In this document: piece after piece, positions 10,745 through 24,699 of the stretch
Position numbering within the stretch: the first letter of the stretch is position 1
Layout of the letters: each line of letters begins with the position of its first letter
NCBI GenBank assembly: GCA_951406725.2
Contig: OX597825.1
Location: 47,306,001 to 47,370,000, forward strand
Source of the DNA: Octopus vulgaris
Lineage: Eukaryota
Length of the DNA: 64,000 nucleotides
Direction of reading: 5' to 3'
Made by a program: the position numbers and the translations under genes
Notes under the pieces: generated by a model
The model's input: only the letters and a program-made list of their open reading frames with translations
The model's database searches: none
Told to the model about the DNA's origin: nothing

Positions 10745-13672
10745 ACTTTCTCACTTCCCGATCTTGGTATTTTTTCTTTTGTAAATTCTCGCTATATATT
10801 ACACGCTCACGTGTTCACACTGGTTTTATCCTGTTTCTACCTCCACTTCGAACTTTGAACTATTGTACCTGGATTCTCTACCTGGACTTTCTTCTCCTCT
10901 TCTACACCTGGACTCCTACACTTCGGCTGCACCTCTCCTACCCATGGATTATGCTGGACTCTTCTTTGATGAGAAATCGCTCCAATACACCAAGGCATTT
11001 GAACCTTTTGGATTTTTCTAAACTTTTTTGTACTTTCTGCTTTTTCCTATTGTCGTTTCTCTCAATCCGCACTTGTTACATTTCTCCTCTTTCCCTCCCT
11101 TTCTTTTCCTCTTTTGCCTACTCTTCTCCCTTTCTTTCTCTTTCTCTTTGTTTCTTCCGTCTTCCTCCTTTCTCTCCTTGTTTTTATTTTTCTTCTTCTC
11201 CCACCTCTTGTATTTTTTCTCTTCACGCCATTTGCATTTTTTCTCCTCACGCCTTTTGCATTTTCTCCCCACTCGTTTTGAATTTTTTCTCCTCACATCT
11301 TTATTACCTTTCTCTCTCTTTTCTTCTCGTCTTTCAATGATGCCCGATTACAAACCTTTCCTCCTCCACTTTCACCACCGCCTAAAAAACACCTTTCCAC
11401 ACTTCCTTTCCGCTGATTTCAACCTATTAACCTTTCCTTACTAATTTTCATAAAACCACGCCTCTGCAGTCACCCCACTCTCCACTATGCTTCAGCAATC
11501 CAACCCATACTCCGTACTACATCCTACCGTCTTATGCGCGCCACCATTCGTTCTAATCTCTCCAAAATACACAACAGCGACCGCCTTCCGATGGTAATAC
11601 TACTTTACGTTACATAATTCATTTAAATAATCTCTTTCGTCAATTTCTCACTCACACCAAACAACGTATACTCCAATCTCTCCTCCATTCCATCACACCC
11701 GATGTCACTACCCCAACTCCTCCCCTACGCCTCTCTCACTAATACGCTCCCCCACCCTTACCAAACCCCGTCCCTCCAAATACCCCACCTACATACCCTC
11801 CCACCAACCACAACCCACCACCCCTCCTACTTCTGTCCCATCCACCCCTTCTCCATTTCAGTCTGTTGTTGCCATTCCTCCAGATCTTCCCTTCTCTGAG
11901 GCGGAACGCTCCCTCATCAGTAGGGGTCTGCGCTTCATCCCCCTCACTCTATCCAGCAACGAATTTCAGACTCGTTCCGATATCCACAGCTTTGTGCGTG
12001 CTTTTCCGCGGCACTCCACCTGCATCTAATGAGGAGGACTGCTTCACCGACTTGGGCCGCCGACCATCCAAGTGGACGCCAGTTCCAAGTAGTCGATCTT
12101 TTTGCGGGCGCCTGCCAGCGTGTTGTGGACCGGTTTTTCAAGCGTCCCCGACATCAGAACATCTCCCCAGCCAAACTTTCAGCCCTTCGATGTCTCCGAT
12201 GTCGCACGGATATCGTCATAAAACCGGCCGATAAGGGTGGTGCCGTGGCGGTGTTGCGCGCGGACCTCTACAAGGCGGAAGCTCTCCGCCAACTTCAAGA
12301 CACCTCCTTCTACTGCCTACTGCCCTCCAACACCACGCCCAGCTACCAACAGATTGTGTCCTCCACTCTCCATGACCTCATATCCTCTTCCCAACTCCTC
12401 CACCTCCGCTAACCACATTGTCCGCACCCCTCACACTTCCACAATTTACTTCTTCCCCAAAATCCACAAACCTAACAACCCTGGCCTCCCCATTGTCTCC
12501 GACGGCAACTGCCCCACCGAACAATTCTCCAGATATCTTGACCGTGTCCTTGCTCCCCTAGTGGCCACCCTCCCCTCTGACAACCATGACGCCAACCATG
12601 CTCTTCGTTTGTTCAACCCTATATCCTTCCATCCTGGCCCCTCTAAACTTCTCTTCACTTTTGACATCAAGAGTCTATACACGGCGATCCATCACCATGA
12701 GGGGCTGCGTGCACTCCAACATTTACTTGATCTTCGACCCAACCCCCAACCTTACACATCCACACTCCTACGTCTGGCCGAACTTGTCCTCTCACGCAGT
12801 TGTTTTCGTCCCATTTCTTCTGTTTATAATCTCCTCAGTTTTAAAGAAAATATGTTCATCCATTATTTTTCTCTTTATCTGCAACATATGTTGCTCCTAC
12901 CATACTTTGTTTACCTTCTTATCATCTATTCGTGCGTGTGCATAATATTTTAAATGTAATTAAGCTTGAATCAAATTAGCAACAGCATTAAGTAGAATTA
13001 AAGTAAAACTTACAACTTTGTAGCTTTCCATTAAATATGAAAAAACGTTATTTTTTGATGCAGGTATTTTAATTAAAGCTATCAAGATTTAATTTTATAA
13101 AAATAGACAAAGAGAAAATTTAGGAATCTCGGAAGGTGAAACATAGTTACAAACCGGGAAGAGAATGCAAATTCATACTGATTCTAACACACTGTTGTCA
13201 GTAGCAATAGGCTACAAAACGGCGCGCATTCTGATTATTACCTGTTTAAGACATCTAAGTTACCAATTCTTAAGGGCACTCAAATACGTAGGCGAATTGA
13301 TAGTTTTTAAGTCAAATTCTATTTATCTACTTTTGAAAATTCTCGCGAACTGCTCAGTGGTAGTTGTTTAACGTTAGACTAGTCCTGATCAACAAAATCA
13401 GTAATTATGTAATTGAGCCATCGGCATCATAACTTTTTTTTTTTATATATTTCAGCGACAACAGACTGACAATTAACTACACGGACGTGCCCTAGTAAGA
13501 AAGTAGCTAAGTACAGTGATGATGGACAAGTTTGTTCAGCAATTCGGTAATGAATATTTCTATAGAAATTAATGGTGCATCTAAGTAATCTCCAAAGATG
13601 TAGCATTTAACAAATTAATATATCTAACACACGCACACGTGCGCACGATATATATATGAATATATTATATAT

Positions 13673-14340
13673 TCTACTATAGCCTAGGGCTTGCCAAAGC
13701 CATGTGAGTGGATTTGGTTGACGGGAACTGAAAGAAGCCCGTCGTATCTCTCTCCCTCTGTACACACACACACACACATAAGCGCAGGCATGGCTGTGTG
13801 GTAAGAAGCTTGCTTACCAACCACATGGTTCCGGGTTCAGTCCCACTGCGTGAGACCTTGGGCAAGTGTCTTCTACAATAGTCTCGGGCCGACCATAGGC
13901 TTGTGAGCGGATTTGGTAGATGGAAACTGAAAGAAGTTCGTCGTATATCTACGTATATTTATGTGTGTTTGTCTCTGATCCTGTGTTTGTCTTGACAAAC
14001 GATGTCGGGTTATTTACTTCCTCGTAAAGTGACCGACAGAAGAAGTACTAGGCTTACGAAAAATAAGTCTTAGGGTTGATTTTTCGACAAAAGCCCGTTA
14101 AGGCTTGGTTTCAAGTAAAAGAATCAATGAATGTGTGTGTGGGGGGAGTCCCTCGCTCTCTGCTTGTCCCTCACCACTGCTTGCCAACTGACATTGATGT
14201 GTTTACGCCCTCGTAACATTAGCTGTTGGGCAAACGAAACCAATAGAATAAGAACCATGCTTTTAAAAAGAAGTACTGGGGTCGACTAATTCGACTAAAA
14301 CTTCTTCAAGGTGGTGTCCTAGCTTGGCCGCAGTCTAATA
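13673..14340 (+). mobile_element. Cluster of CORE-type SINE copies and fragments
   Basis: Partial copy 13673-13747, near-full copy 13783-14125 and a 3' fragment 14150-14340. Confidence 0.75.
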
Positions 14341-14400
14341 CATACATACATACATACATACATACATACATACATACATACATACATGTATGTATGTATG

Positions 14401-14431
<31 letters not shown>

Positions 14432-15149
14432 TAAAAGAATGAAATGCAGAGTTATTTTATTCAATATTTTTCCATTATTTTAAACATTCATCATTGAGAA
14501 AAATAGAGATAAGAGCGCTTGAAAAATAAATGATCTATCTTACGAGTGACCCTTTAAACAAACGATATATTAAAGAATATTAAGTGCAATATGATAATAT
14601 TCTGTGTGCGAGTATTCATTGCATAGATTTGAGAAAAAATGTGAACCCATTATAAAATTATATTACTGTTTATAATCTGCCAATCAAAATATACTTCGAT
14701 TTGTTTACTAAACGTCTACTACTGTTTTGATCCTGTTTCTTTGGGACTTTTCTCCCTCTCTCTCCCCTATCTATCTATCTCTCTCTCTATCTACCTATCT
14801 CTACCTCTCTTCCCCTCAGACATACATACGGACACATACGCACGCACGCACACACACATAAATATATATGTAGATACGACAGTAACACATGGCTCTAAAT
14901 TATTGTACATAAGTCTTATATTAAATTATTACTATATCATATATTATTAAATAAATTATTAATGTAAACCTAGAATACATCCCCAACATGTTTATATATA
15001 TATTATAACATGGAAAGAATACACACACACACACATATAGTGTGAAAAAGAGAGTAAAAGAGAAAGAGGGAGAGAGAGAGAGAGACAGAAAGAGATTATT
15101 CGGGGTGGGGTAGTGACATAAGATATGTAACAAAGACAATGTGATTTGA

Positions 15150-15425
15150 ATCTTTTATCTTTTACTTGTTTCAGTCATTAGACTGTGGCCATGCTGGAGT
15201 ACTACCTTGAATTTTAGTTGAATCAATCGACCCCAGTACTTTTTTGTAAGACTGATACTTATTCTATCGATCTCTTTTGCCGAACCGCTACAATACATTG
15301 ACGCTACACACCAACACCGGTTTTAAAGCGGTTGTGGAGGGTCAAACACACACACATGAATATATATATCTATATATATATGACAGGCTTCTATCAGTTT
15401 CCATTTACCAAATTCACTCACAAGC
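15150..15425 (-). mobile_element. SINE 3' fragment
   Basis: Reverse-complement homolog of 14150-14340 and of the SINE body 'aaactgatagaagcctgtc'. Confidence 0.65.
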
Positions 15426-15440
15426 CTGCATATACATACA

Positions 15441-15574
<134 letters not shown>

Positions 15575-15661
15575 TAATCCAAACGGGAAAACAGAAAAAA
15601 CAACAACACGTGGAACAATTACAGTATTATTATTATTAGGTGCTCAGGAAAATGGAAGGAG

Positions 15662-15697
<36 letters not shown>

Positions 15698-16329
15698 GTA
15701 TATGAAAGAATGGAGTTGAACTACTAGTTAACAAATATCCTTTATTCTCGACATATGTTTCGAAGGCTGCATATTCCTAATTCCGAAGGAATAAGGAGTA
15801 CATTATGCAGGTTTCTAAATTATGCAGGTTTCTAAATTACCACATTAATGCCATTACACTCGACTGAAACGCCGAAACGCTAACAGCACGAGAACGGTGA
15901 AGAAGTTTCAATAAATTAGTAATGCAATACTAAATTATTGCTTTCCAGTAAAGAATAGCCCGTGAGGGAACATCTGAAATGTTGTCGTGGTATATGTTTG
16001 GCTGATGAAGATAGATCAAGTTTATGGGTGCAGACATATCTTGAAAAATCTGAAACCTGCGCAGGTCCCACATTATCCTTTTCCAGGTATTTCATCTTTC
16101 AGATGTTCTCCCTGGAGGTAAGACAATTTTTTCTAGTTTGTTGCACACACGCATTTTTGCTAGTACATACGCGGTGAAGCTATACATTAGCGTCGTATTA
16201 TTATGTTCCCTATTTCCAGTAAATATCGGTACTACGTTGTGCCATATATTTACTTCTTTGTTGTGCCATATATTTTTCCCTCACGGGCTATTCTTTGCTG
16301 GAAAGCAATACTCTAGTATTGCATTACTA

Positions 16330-16379
<50 letters not shown>

Positions 16380-16559
16380 TATATAATTAGGGTTCAGCAA
16401 CGATTAGCTTCACCACACACCTAAGTTTTAGAAATAGCAGTCAAAATCCTAGCTATTCTTTCTACTTTTAAAGGGAGTTCCCAGAAAAACCAAAGCACTT
16501 GAAGACAAACCACGTAGGCAAAAGGGGAAAAATGACGAAAATCATTCTATAATAGGTTA

Positions 16560-16652
16560 CCTACGGGAGCACGTTTCGGAATTAAGCCAGTATAAAACAT
16601 AAATAATAAATAATCATACCTTACCCGACTATTTTCGACTCTTCAGCGTAGG
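16560..16652 (-). ncRNA. Hammerhead motif with long helix II region at a PLE terminus
   Basis: Minus strand: CCTACG-CTGAAGA-(~60 nt)-GAAAC GTGCTCC-CGTAGG. Helix III is degenerate. Confidence 0.55.
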
Positions 16653-16936
16653 ATTCCACAATCATAAATAATTGTATCTCAATTATTAATAATTGTATCT
16701 TAAATTTGAGGGCACTGGAAAACATCACTTAACCTAACGGTATCAGAGAGATCGTATTCCGTGTTAGTGCCGCCAAATTCAAAAAATGAATGAGAGTAAG
16801 TCATCCTCCCTCACCATCCAGCGTGTTGCTAAAGTAAGATGCTACAGTTTTTTTCTGGGAGAAAAATACCATTATCAGTAAATACCATTATCAAAAATAC
16901 CATTATCGGATTGAAAAAATACCATTTTATGGTAAG

Positions 16937-16991
<55 letters not shown>

Positions 16992-16995
<4 letters not shown>

Positions 16996-17499
16996 TAAAA
17001 CTATGTTGTGCGTATGGTGGGACTGGGAAGGGATTATCCATTACGAATTGCTTCAACGGAATCAAACAGTCAACGCGGAAATCTATGTTCAACAGATGGA
17101 ACAACTCAAAACGGCTAGTCAAGAGAAAAGACCTAATCGGCAGCATGGAGTTCTTCTGCTGCACGACAACGCTCCTCCCTCACATCGCTAATATCAAATG
17201 CATGGCTGGGAAGAGTTACCACACCCGCCGTACTCTCCTGGTTTGGCATCAACGGATTTCCACCTCTTTCGATCTCTTTCAAATGCTATTCGTTCAATGC
17301 TGATGCAGAATTTAGAGCTTGGCATGATCAATTTTTCGAGTCGAAATTGGGGGATTTCTACCAACGAGGTATTGAAAATCTTGTTGAATGTTGGGAAGAA
17401 GTTGTAAGCAACATTATTGATTAATTAGTTGTTATTTTTTATTAAACCTTTTAAAAAATATAAATTTTAAAAATGGCGAGAACTTAGTTGCCAACCCAA
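16992..17499 (+). mobile_element. Mariner transposon, 3' half, decayed
   Basis: KTMLCVWWDWEGIIHYELL, LLHDNAP and HPPYSPGLASTDFHLFRSL motifs. Right TIR ...ttagttgccaacccaa followed by TA. Confidence 0.9.
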
Positions 17500-18662
17500 T
17501 ATTATGTTGAATAATCAATCACGTTAAGTCGGCGATCATGTTTTGTCATACTTAAAGATAAATACACTAATGTTGCAACATAGATAGAAAACGATGTTAT
17601 AACAATTGTCTATAACAATTGGAAACTCATATATCTTGATTCACACACGCACACACACACGCACACACACACACACACATACACACACATACACACACAG
17701 AAACAGACACACACACACAAACACACACACATATATATATAAATGAAAAATATTCTGGACTAATAGGTATATGTCGATTAGTGTGTTCAAGTGTTGAATA
17801 GAGAACTGGCACGGTTTGGGCTACCTGCTGTCATCCGTAGTTGGGGTATATTTCTGTTGGATCTACTTCAGGAATTCCGCAGTTGAGGTAATAGTAATTG
17901 AGTAAGTGACCAGAAGATGGATTTGGTATTAATCCTTGATTTGTATGGCGATCGTTGCTAATCATCTTGCTACTGTTCCTTATGGGTGGGACTCCGTGCA
18001 ACATGTTCTGTTGCATCCATTTTGCAGTCTGGGTCACTTCAGGTACATCCATGCATAAAGTCGTGTCTCGCTAAAGATCTTGAGTCTGGGCAGTCATGTT
18101 GTTTGCCCCAATTCGAAGGGCAAACAATATGACTGCCCAAAACGATTCATTAACAAGCAGTTTAACCATTGAGCCACAAAAAATAACACCGACATTGTCA
18201 TTAAACACGTTGTTAACATAACTTTAACATACAGTGTACTATGTTCACTTTTACTAATTTAAAATCACAATATATGCATCTTGATAAAAAGACAGAACAC
18301 ATGAGAGCAGTAAGGCATGTTTTGTAATTTTATAATAAAAAATATTGTTTTAAGATGAAGCTAGAAATACATTCCCATGTAAACTTACAATTAAAACTAT
18401 AACGTAAACACTTTCTTATTTTGTCTATCATCGAGACTTGACATAATATAAATGAGAGTTTTGCTAAACTGAGTGGAAAATTAGTGAATATATTATATGA
18501 TATAAATATATTCATAAGTATGTAGTAAAAGTTGAGATGTGGTACTTTTGATGTTTCTCTGGATTGCAGAAGAGTGATTGTTCAATTTGGGCGATCATTT
18601 GTATCCTGGCACAATATATCACTTTTTGACGGATGGCTTTATGAAACGGAAGGCTGTTAAAC

Positions 18663-21587
18663 CATTGCTTTTCAACCTTTTTTCTGGAGCAGAACCCCAA
18701 GGAAACATTCCACTGGCTCGAGGAACCCCTGTGCAATAATTTAATTGTCTTATGCAAAAAAAAACAGCATTTAATTACTGAAATGAAAATACTCATGTTC
18801 AGATTTACTTACAATAAAATCTCAAACTGTAAAAAAATTGTCACGTACATATGCAATTTTAGTCTTGCATCTACAGTTATTATTAAAACATGTATCAAAA
18901 AAACTTTAGTTTGAATAGATTACATTTATTCTCATCACAAACTCAATGAGAAACTTGAGCCTGGTGTTTCTTACACAACTCTTTAAGACTGGGTCGTGTT
19001 TTTGATAGAAACACATGAAGTTCATCTTCCAGAGACAGCAATTGTGCTCGCTTCTTGTGCTTGATGGTTGCCAGGGCTGAAAATCCAAATTCACAGAAGT
19101 AGTAGGTTGAAACATGTACAACAAGTCGCAGCGCTTTCTGGGCGATTGCAGGATATTCCTTTTCAACCAGCAACCAAAATGCATTCAGATGAAGCTCAGA
19201 ATGCTTCAACTCTAATGTTCTGCCATTTAAAACACTGGCAAGTTCTTCTTCTTCTGTTAATGTGAGCTGTTCTTCAAATGTCTCAAATTCCACTAATGGG
19301 TTTCTAATCCAGTCATACTGGTCAACAGATATCGATGGAAAATATTTGTCAAGATTTGTTAACAAAGTGTGCAAATGGTTCAAAATCAGTAGCGCAGTTT
19401 CTTGACAATTCCTTTTAAAAACACTTGGAAACATTTCCAAATTTCCTCCAGCTATGCGTTTCTTCCATATTGTCAATTTCTTCTGAAAATCATTTATTTT
19501 GTCAGTAGAAGACAAGATATTTTCGTTCCTGCCCTGCATACCATTGTTCAAGAGGTTTAGCTCATGAAATATATCGGCAAAATATGCTACCTTGGAACAC
19601 CAATGGTCATCACTTAAACATTCTACAAAGTCTTTCAGGTTTTCTTGCAAATAAAAGGTCAATAACTCTTCTTTTAATTTGTAAACACGAGACAAATCAT
19701 CGTATTTCTGTGTGCTGGATTAAAATGGAATGGTCTGCTTCTATACCCACACAAAGTTTCGCAAACTGTCGACATTTAAGTGGCCTCATTTTGAAGTAAT
19801 TATCTATTTTCACTACCATATCCAATGCAGATTTTAGTTCAGGTCCAAGATTTTTAGCAACTAGTGTTTCTCTATGAATGAAACAATGAGTATGGATAAT
19901 ATTTGGATTTTTTTTGTGCGATTGGGACAAAGCCTTTAAGACATCATGTCATTGTAGGGGCATCATCTGTACTAATACCAACACATTTTTTCCAGTTCAA
20001 TCCACAATACTCTAAATATGAATTTAAAACATCAAATACATCTTGTCCTTTTCTTGTTTCTGGCAACTCCTTGCAACGCAGGACGTCTTCTACAATAGCT
20101 TCATCATTAATAAAACAAACAAATACAAGGAGCTGTGATTTACCACTGATGTCTGTACTCTCATCAACTTGAAGTGCAAACAGCCTATGTTTCAGTATTT
20201 TTGACTTAAGTCAAAAATATTGCACTCAATGTCTCCTGTCATGTCTTGAATGCGCCTACTTATTATGTTGTCAGAAAGTGGAAATTTATTCAGCTCTGAT
20301 ACAGCATCCTCTCCAAACATTATCCTCACTATTTACTGGCATGTAGGTAAAATTACAGTTTCAGAGATGGTATGAGAGTTCATTTTTCTTGCAACTATCT
20401 CCGCCACAGCATAACTTGCTTCTTGTCCTTTGTCACTCAACTTGAACTTTTTGGCAAACATAGAAACTTCCCTTTTATTAAACGCCAATTCTCTTTTAAA
20501 ATATTGTTCTTTTTTGCCTGACAACTCTGGATGTTTAGTCGCTAAGTGTCGTTTCAGTTTGGCTGGTGCCATAGCACTATTAGCCAGCTTCTTCCCAGAA
20601 ATAGTACACAAAGGTGAAGAGCAGCCTTGGTTTCCAGTCCAAGTAAATCCCAGAGCTATGTAGTTTTCACAATATTGACGAACTTTTAATTGCAGGTTAA
20701 TTCCATCATTTCTTGGTAATTTCGACCTGGCAGCATCACTGGCAGTGGCTGCAGCTTCAACAGACTGCCTCAGACCCAGCGTCTCTTCAGCTGTGTCTAA
20801 CTTACGTTTTTTTTTCAGAAATATATCCATACATGTAAGGCTGTAAGCAGAATTGTATATAAAACCTAATAGTGGCAGGACAAAATGATCTTTAAAGTGT
20901 AGCGAGTTTAATGATGTAAAATTTAGCTTTTTTATTAATGTTTTTCAGTAACAGGTATTTGATTATATTTAAACAATATGCATATAATAATAAAATAGAT
21001 TTTCGGATTTGAATTTAAAATGTCCTTTATTTGTTCATTGTTCTAATTCAGAAATTTGTAAGGAATTAATATTTATGCATATTTAAATATCTTATAATTT
21101 AGTATCAGTTTCGCCTATTTCTTTTCTTTTTCTACATATGTAATTCAACTCTCTTTCGAATTTTTAAATCTTAACATTTGACCAAATATTAATAGACGTC
21201 ATACAAGAAAAAGATTTTACAAAAACGCCTTCCAAAAAGCTAAAGATCTTTTAAAAGGCGGATTAACAACAACACCTAAATGGCTTATGCAGTTAAAATG
21301 TTTGTTCTAAATATAGTCACTCGTATTTTACAAAAGAAAACTAAACCATCATCTAAGCTGACATGCAACTCGTAGATGTGCACGTACATGTACACACCAA
21401 GGATCAGGGTCATCTACGCTGGCGTGCAACTCGTAGATGTACACGTAGGCCTAACATGTACATAGATATTTGCACAGGAGAATTTAAAATTACTATCGAG
21501 TTTAGCATTTATGTAACTTCTTGTGGAACCCCTGGACTGTACTGGCGGAACCCTAAGGTTCCGCGGAACCCTGGTTGAAAACTACTG
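18663..21587 (-). mobile_element. Full-length decayed hAT transposon (Buster/Charlie, ZBED8/SCAND3-like transposase)
   Basis: TIRs cattgcttttcaacc and ggttgaaaactactg. 8-bp TSD TGTTAAAC at 18655-18662 and 21588-21595. Transposase 20830 to 18943 has a BED finger (KLKRHLATKH), THCFIHRE and CEFGFSAL, broken by stops and frameshifts. Confidence 0.95.
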
Positions 21588-22303
21588 TGTTAAACTATAG
21601 AAATATTTCAGCTACTTACTAATGTCATGGCGATTTCTCTTCAACACTTTTTCATGATTGTTCTGTTTTGTTTTTTTTTGTTTTTTATCCCGAAAATAAT
21701 TTACGACACCGGAAAACTTGATTGAAAAGAGTTAACTTTCATTAAAAGCTGATGAACTAACGAGTGAATCTCTGCTCGATAGATCTATCAGCTAGGAACA
21801 GCAACCAATGCTCTCTAGTAAAAGCCTTCAATCTTAATAAGGAAGGACACGTTAGCCAATTATTTACGAAAAGACGGTGTTGTCAAGATTGGAACATCTT
21901 TTGTTGTATAACTGCTTGATTAGATCTGACTTGAGTTTAAGTAACAACACAATAGCGACAACAAAAATAGCTAATGAGACACCAGAGATAAGAACACTTC
22001 TGTCACAGAGTATTGATCTTCAAATGAAATTATTTCGTATACAAGTAGCAATGTTATAATACTACTGAATTTTCTAGATGTATAGAATTTCATAGATTAA
22101 TTCCATTTGAAAGTAGTAATTATTTTACGTCATTTTATTTATGACGCCTTACCATTTCAACTAAAATGTCGTCTCTATGTTCAAAACGAACATTTTCGGG
22201 GTTACTTAAATCGTAGCCGTGAAGACAATGCAGTGAAAGTAGGAATAATTTTAGAAAAAAATATACATTGTAAGAAATTGTATTTTTTTTTCACGAATTC
22301 ACG

Positions 22304-23282
22304 ATGGAATATTCCCAGGAAGAAGATCTAGCGGATTTGGGAGGGGAACTATTCATCAAAGAGGTGCCTAAGGAAACGTCAAATAGCTTAGTGGTTTTAA
22401 GAAAGGCTGGTGAATTATGTGATGCTGTGATCCAAGTAGGTGATGAAAAAATACCTGTTCACCGTGTTATATTAGCTGCTGCCTGTCCCTATTTTCGAGC
22501 TTTGTTTACAAACAGTAAGTTTGAATCTGACCGTCATACGGTCAATATTACTGATATATCGGCTCCGATTATGAGCAAAATTATCGATTACATGTATACA
22601 AATGCTTGTAATATCAATGATGAAAATGTAAGTGATATTTTGATTGCTTCAGATTATTTGAACATGACTCATCTACAAGACCTTTGCTGCGATTATTTAT
22701 CATCGAAAATTTCTATTTTTACCTGCATCAATATAGAAAACTTTGCAAAAAAATTTTTCTGTGAGAAGCTCCGACAGAACGCGCATAAATTTATATTGCA
22801 TAACTTTACTAAAGTTTACACTGGCTGTGATGACTTTCAACTACTAGATGACACTTCACTTCATGAAATATTAGGCTCGGAAGAACTGAATATCAAATCG
22901 GAAGAGATTGCTTTTGAAGCTATCATAAAATGGATTGATTATGATCCACCGAATCGAAAATGTCATATTGCTAAACTGTTACGAAATGTACGTCTGGCAC
23001 TTTTGACGACCAATTATTTTGTGGAAAAAGTTAAAGTACATCCATATGTTCACGAGAACAAAGACTGCAAATCTCTTGTTATCGAAGCGCTGAAGATTCT
23101 ATACGATTTAGACATCAATGAAAATAATTTAGTAGCTGACAACATTAGTATTGCACGACCAAGGCTGCCGTATGAAATCATCTTCGTTTTTGGTGGCTGG
23201 AGCGGTAGATATGCAACGAATCTGATGGAAACATATGATTCTAGAGCAAATCGCTGGATGAAATGTAAAGGAGTAAAATCTG
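22304..23282 (+). CDS. KLHL10: Kelch-like protein 10-like, exon 1 (BTB/POZ, BACK, first kelch repeat)
   Basis: ORF 22304.. has BTB (LCDAVIQVGDEKIPVHRVILAAACPYFRALFT), BACK (EELNIKSEEIAFEAIIKWIDYD) and the KLHL10-type 'RPRLPYEIIFVFGGWSG...METYDSRANRW'. Donor TCTG|GTATGC at 23283, phase 1. Confidence 0.9.
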
Positions 23283-23467
23283 GTATGCAATAAGATTATA
23301 TAATATTTTTAATTCATGGCAAAAATAGTTTTAATTTTATAGGCTGATATATTGTCCTTCAGTTAGGGTTGGCTAAGTATCTCTTTAAGTCGCATACATG
23401 TATAACACGTTTGTGTAGGCAATTATATGAAAGAATTCTCAATATTTTTCAGTATAGTGTAACTCAT

Positions 23468-24057
23468 TTTCTTCAAGTACCACTTGAAAAGGAAAGAGAG
23501 AGTAGAGAGGCAAGTTTTGTCTAGCGAATGTTTAAAAAAAAAAGATGGGTAAATGTAGCAAGGTTGGCACGTATGAATGACGAAGCCACCTTGAGCATAA
23601 TCCTATGAACCCAGAAATTGAAAACAGAGGGTTACCCACTTGCAAACAAATGTGGTAACATATAACAATATTGACCAAGGTTACCGTGGTCTTTTTCGTA
23701 GGCTTTTCTTCCCACGGATAAACCTTACTTGCTTTCCCCTTTACACCATACATCATAACACTGTGATACACGATCTCTATTGATCGTTTTTTCCCTCTTC
23801 CCCTTTTTCCCGCCTTTTTTCTTCTTTTTTTTTCATTTCTCTTTTCTTTTGTTCCTTTTCCTTTTTTTAATTTTTAATTTTTTATTTTTTGTTCTTTTTT
23901 CCTTTTTACGATCCCTTTTGATCGAAAACCTACGCCACCCTTTTTTTGTTCCTTTTGTTTTTTGTCTTTTTGTTTTTTTTTCATCCCCCAAAAGAAAAGC
24001 TCTACCTTGTAACTTGTCCCATCTATGTGCAGCCCTGTGTGGCCAATTAGGAAACTT
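23468..24057 (+). mobile_element. Tx1-clade LINE 3' end
   Basis: Homologous to 50570-51008 (ttcaagtaccacttgaaaagga ... gccctgtgtggc). Ends in (TATC)n. Confidence 0.85.
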
Positions 24058-24699
24058 ATCTATCTATCTATCAGTCTGTATGTCTGTCTGTCTGCCTGCC
24101 TGTCTGTTTGTCTTTCAGCTTGTCAGCTTGCCAGCTTGCCTGCCTGCCTGCCTGTCAGTATTTTTGGTATAGAGTGATATATTTAGATTGCATTTAACGA
24201 ATATAACTTTTAGATTCTGCTATTAAAATGGTATAGACATGTTCTACCTTGTGTTTTTATTCAGCCCACAACTGAATTGCCAATCAGTACTCTTATTATG
24301 CCAACTTTAAATACCTCAAGTCTTACTATCGATGAAATCTTTAGAATAAAATCTCGAAATATGCAATATATTTTCAGTTACCACTTAATCTTAACAAGCA
24401 TTAAACAATTTAATATTCATATTGTCCATAAAGACGCTTCTATCGTAGAATGCGATATGTGTATGGTAGAAAGAAATTACTTTTCATTACTTTTCATGTG
24501 ATAAGTTATTCGAATACATTAGATATCGCGTCATATACAATATGCAATGAATTACATATGTGATGTCAACTAAATTACTTATTAATTAGGATGTTTTTCG
24601 TTACAAATCGAGGGAAGTTTTAACAAATGTTAACATATTGGGTCCACGACTTTCTTCAAAACAGGATTTGAATTTAATGAAATCATAACTTTCCCTACG

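Larger units (their letters stand above)
9600..12810 (+). mobile_element. PLE (Neptune/Poseidon-type): tandem pseudo-LTRs followed by a decayed RT ORF
   Basis: Two tandem pLTR-like units end near 10400 and 10795. RT motifs IVIKPADKGGAVAV, YFFPKIHKPNNPGLPIVS and LFTFDIKSLYT, frameshifted. Confidence 0.85.

Noticed and set aside
9177-11444. Long L/S/F/P-rich ORFs
   Set aside because: They come from CT-rich low-complexity pLTR/UTR sequence and show no domain.
15745-15840. Hammerhead at a PLE-like end (minus strand CGAAACATATGTC)
   Set aside because: Only the 3' half is present; no CTGANGA core is found upstream, where a short tandem duplication lies instead.
16862-16932. Repeated AAATACCATTATC units (also 29347-29640 and 54900-54940) as a CRISPR-like array
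   Set aside because: Short tandem or degenerate repeats without unique spacers or cas genes, in eukaryotic context.
17831-18052. 73-aa non-repetitive minus-strand ORF
   Set aside because: No recognisable domain and no partner exons; cannot be supported.
18943-20830. Domesticated ZBED8/SCAND3-like host gene
   Set aside because: Multiple stops and frameshifts with intact TIRs and TSD indicate a decayed transposon.
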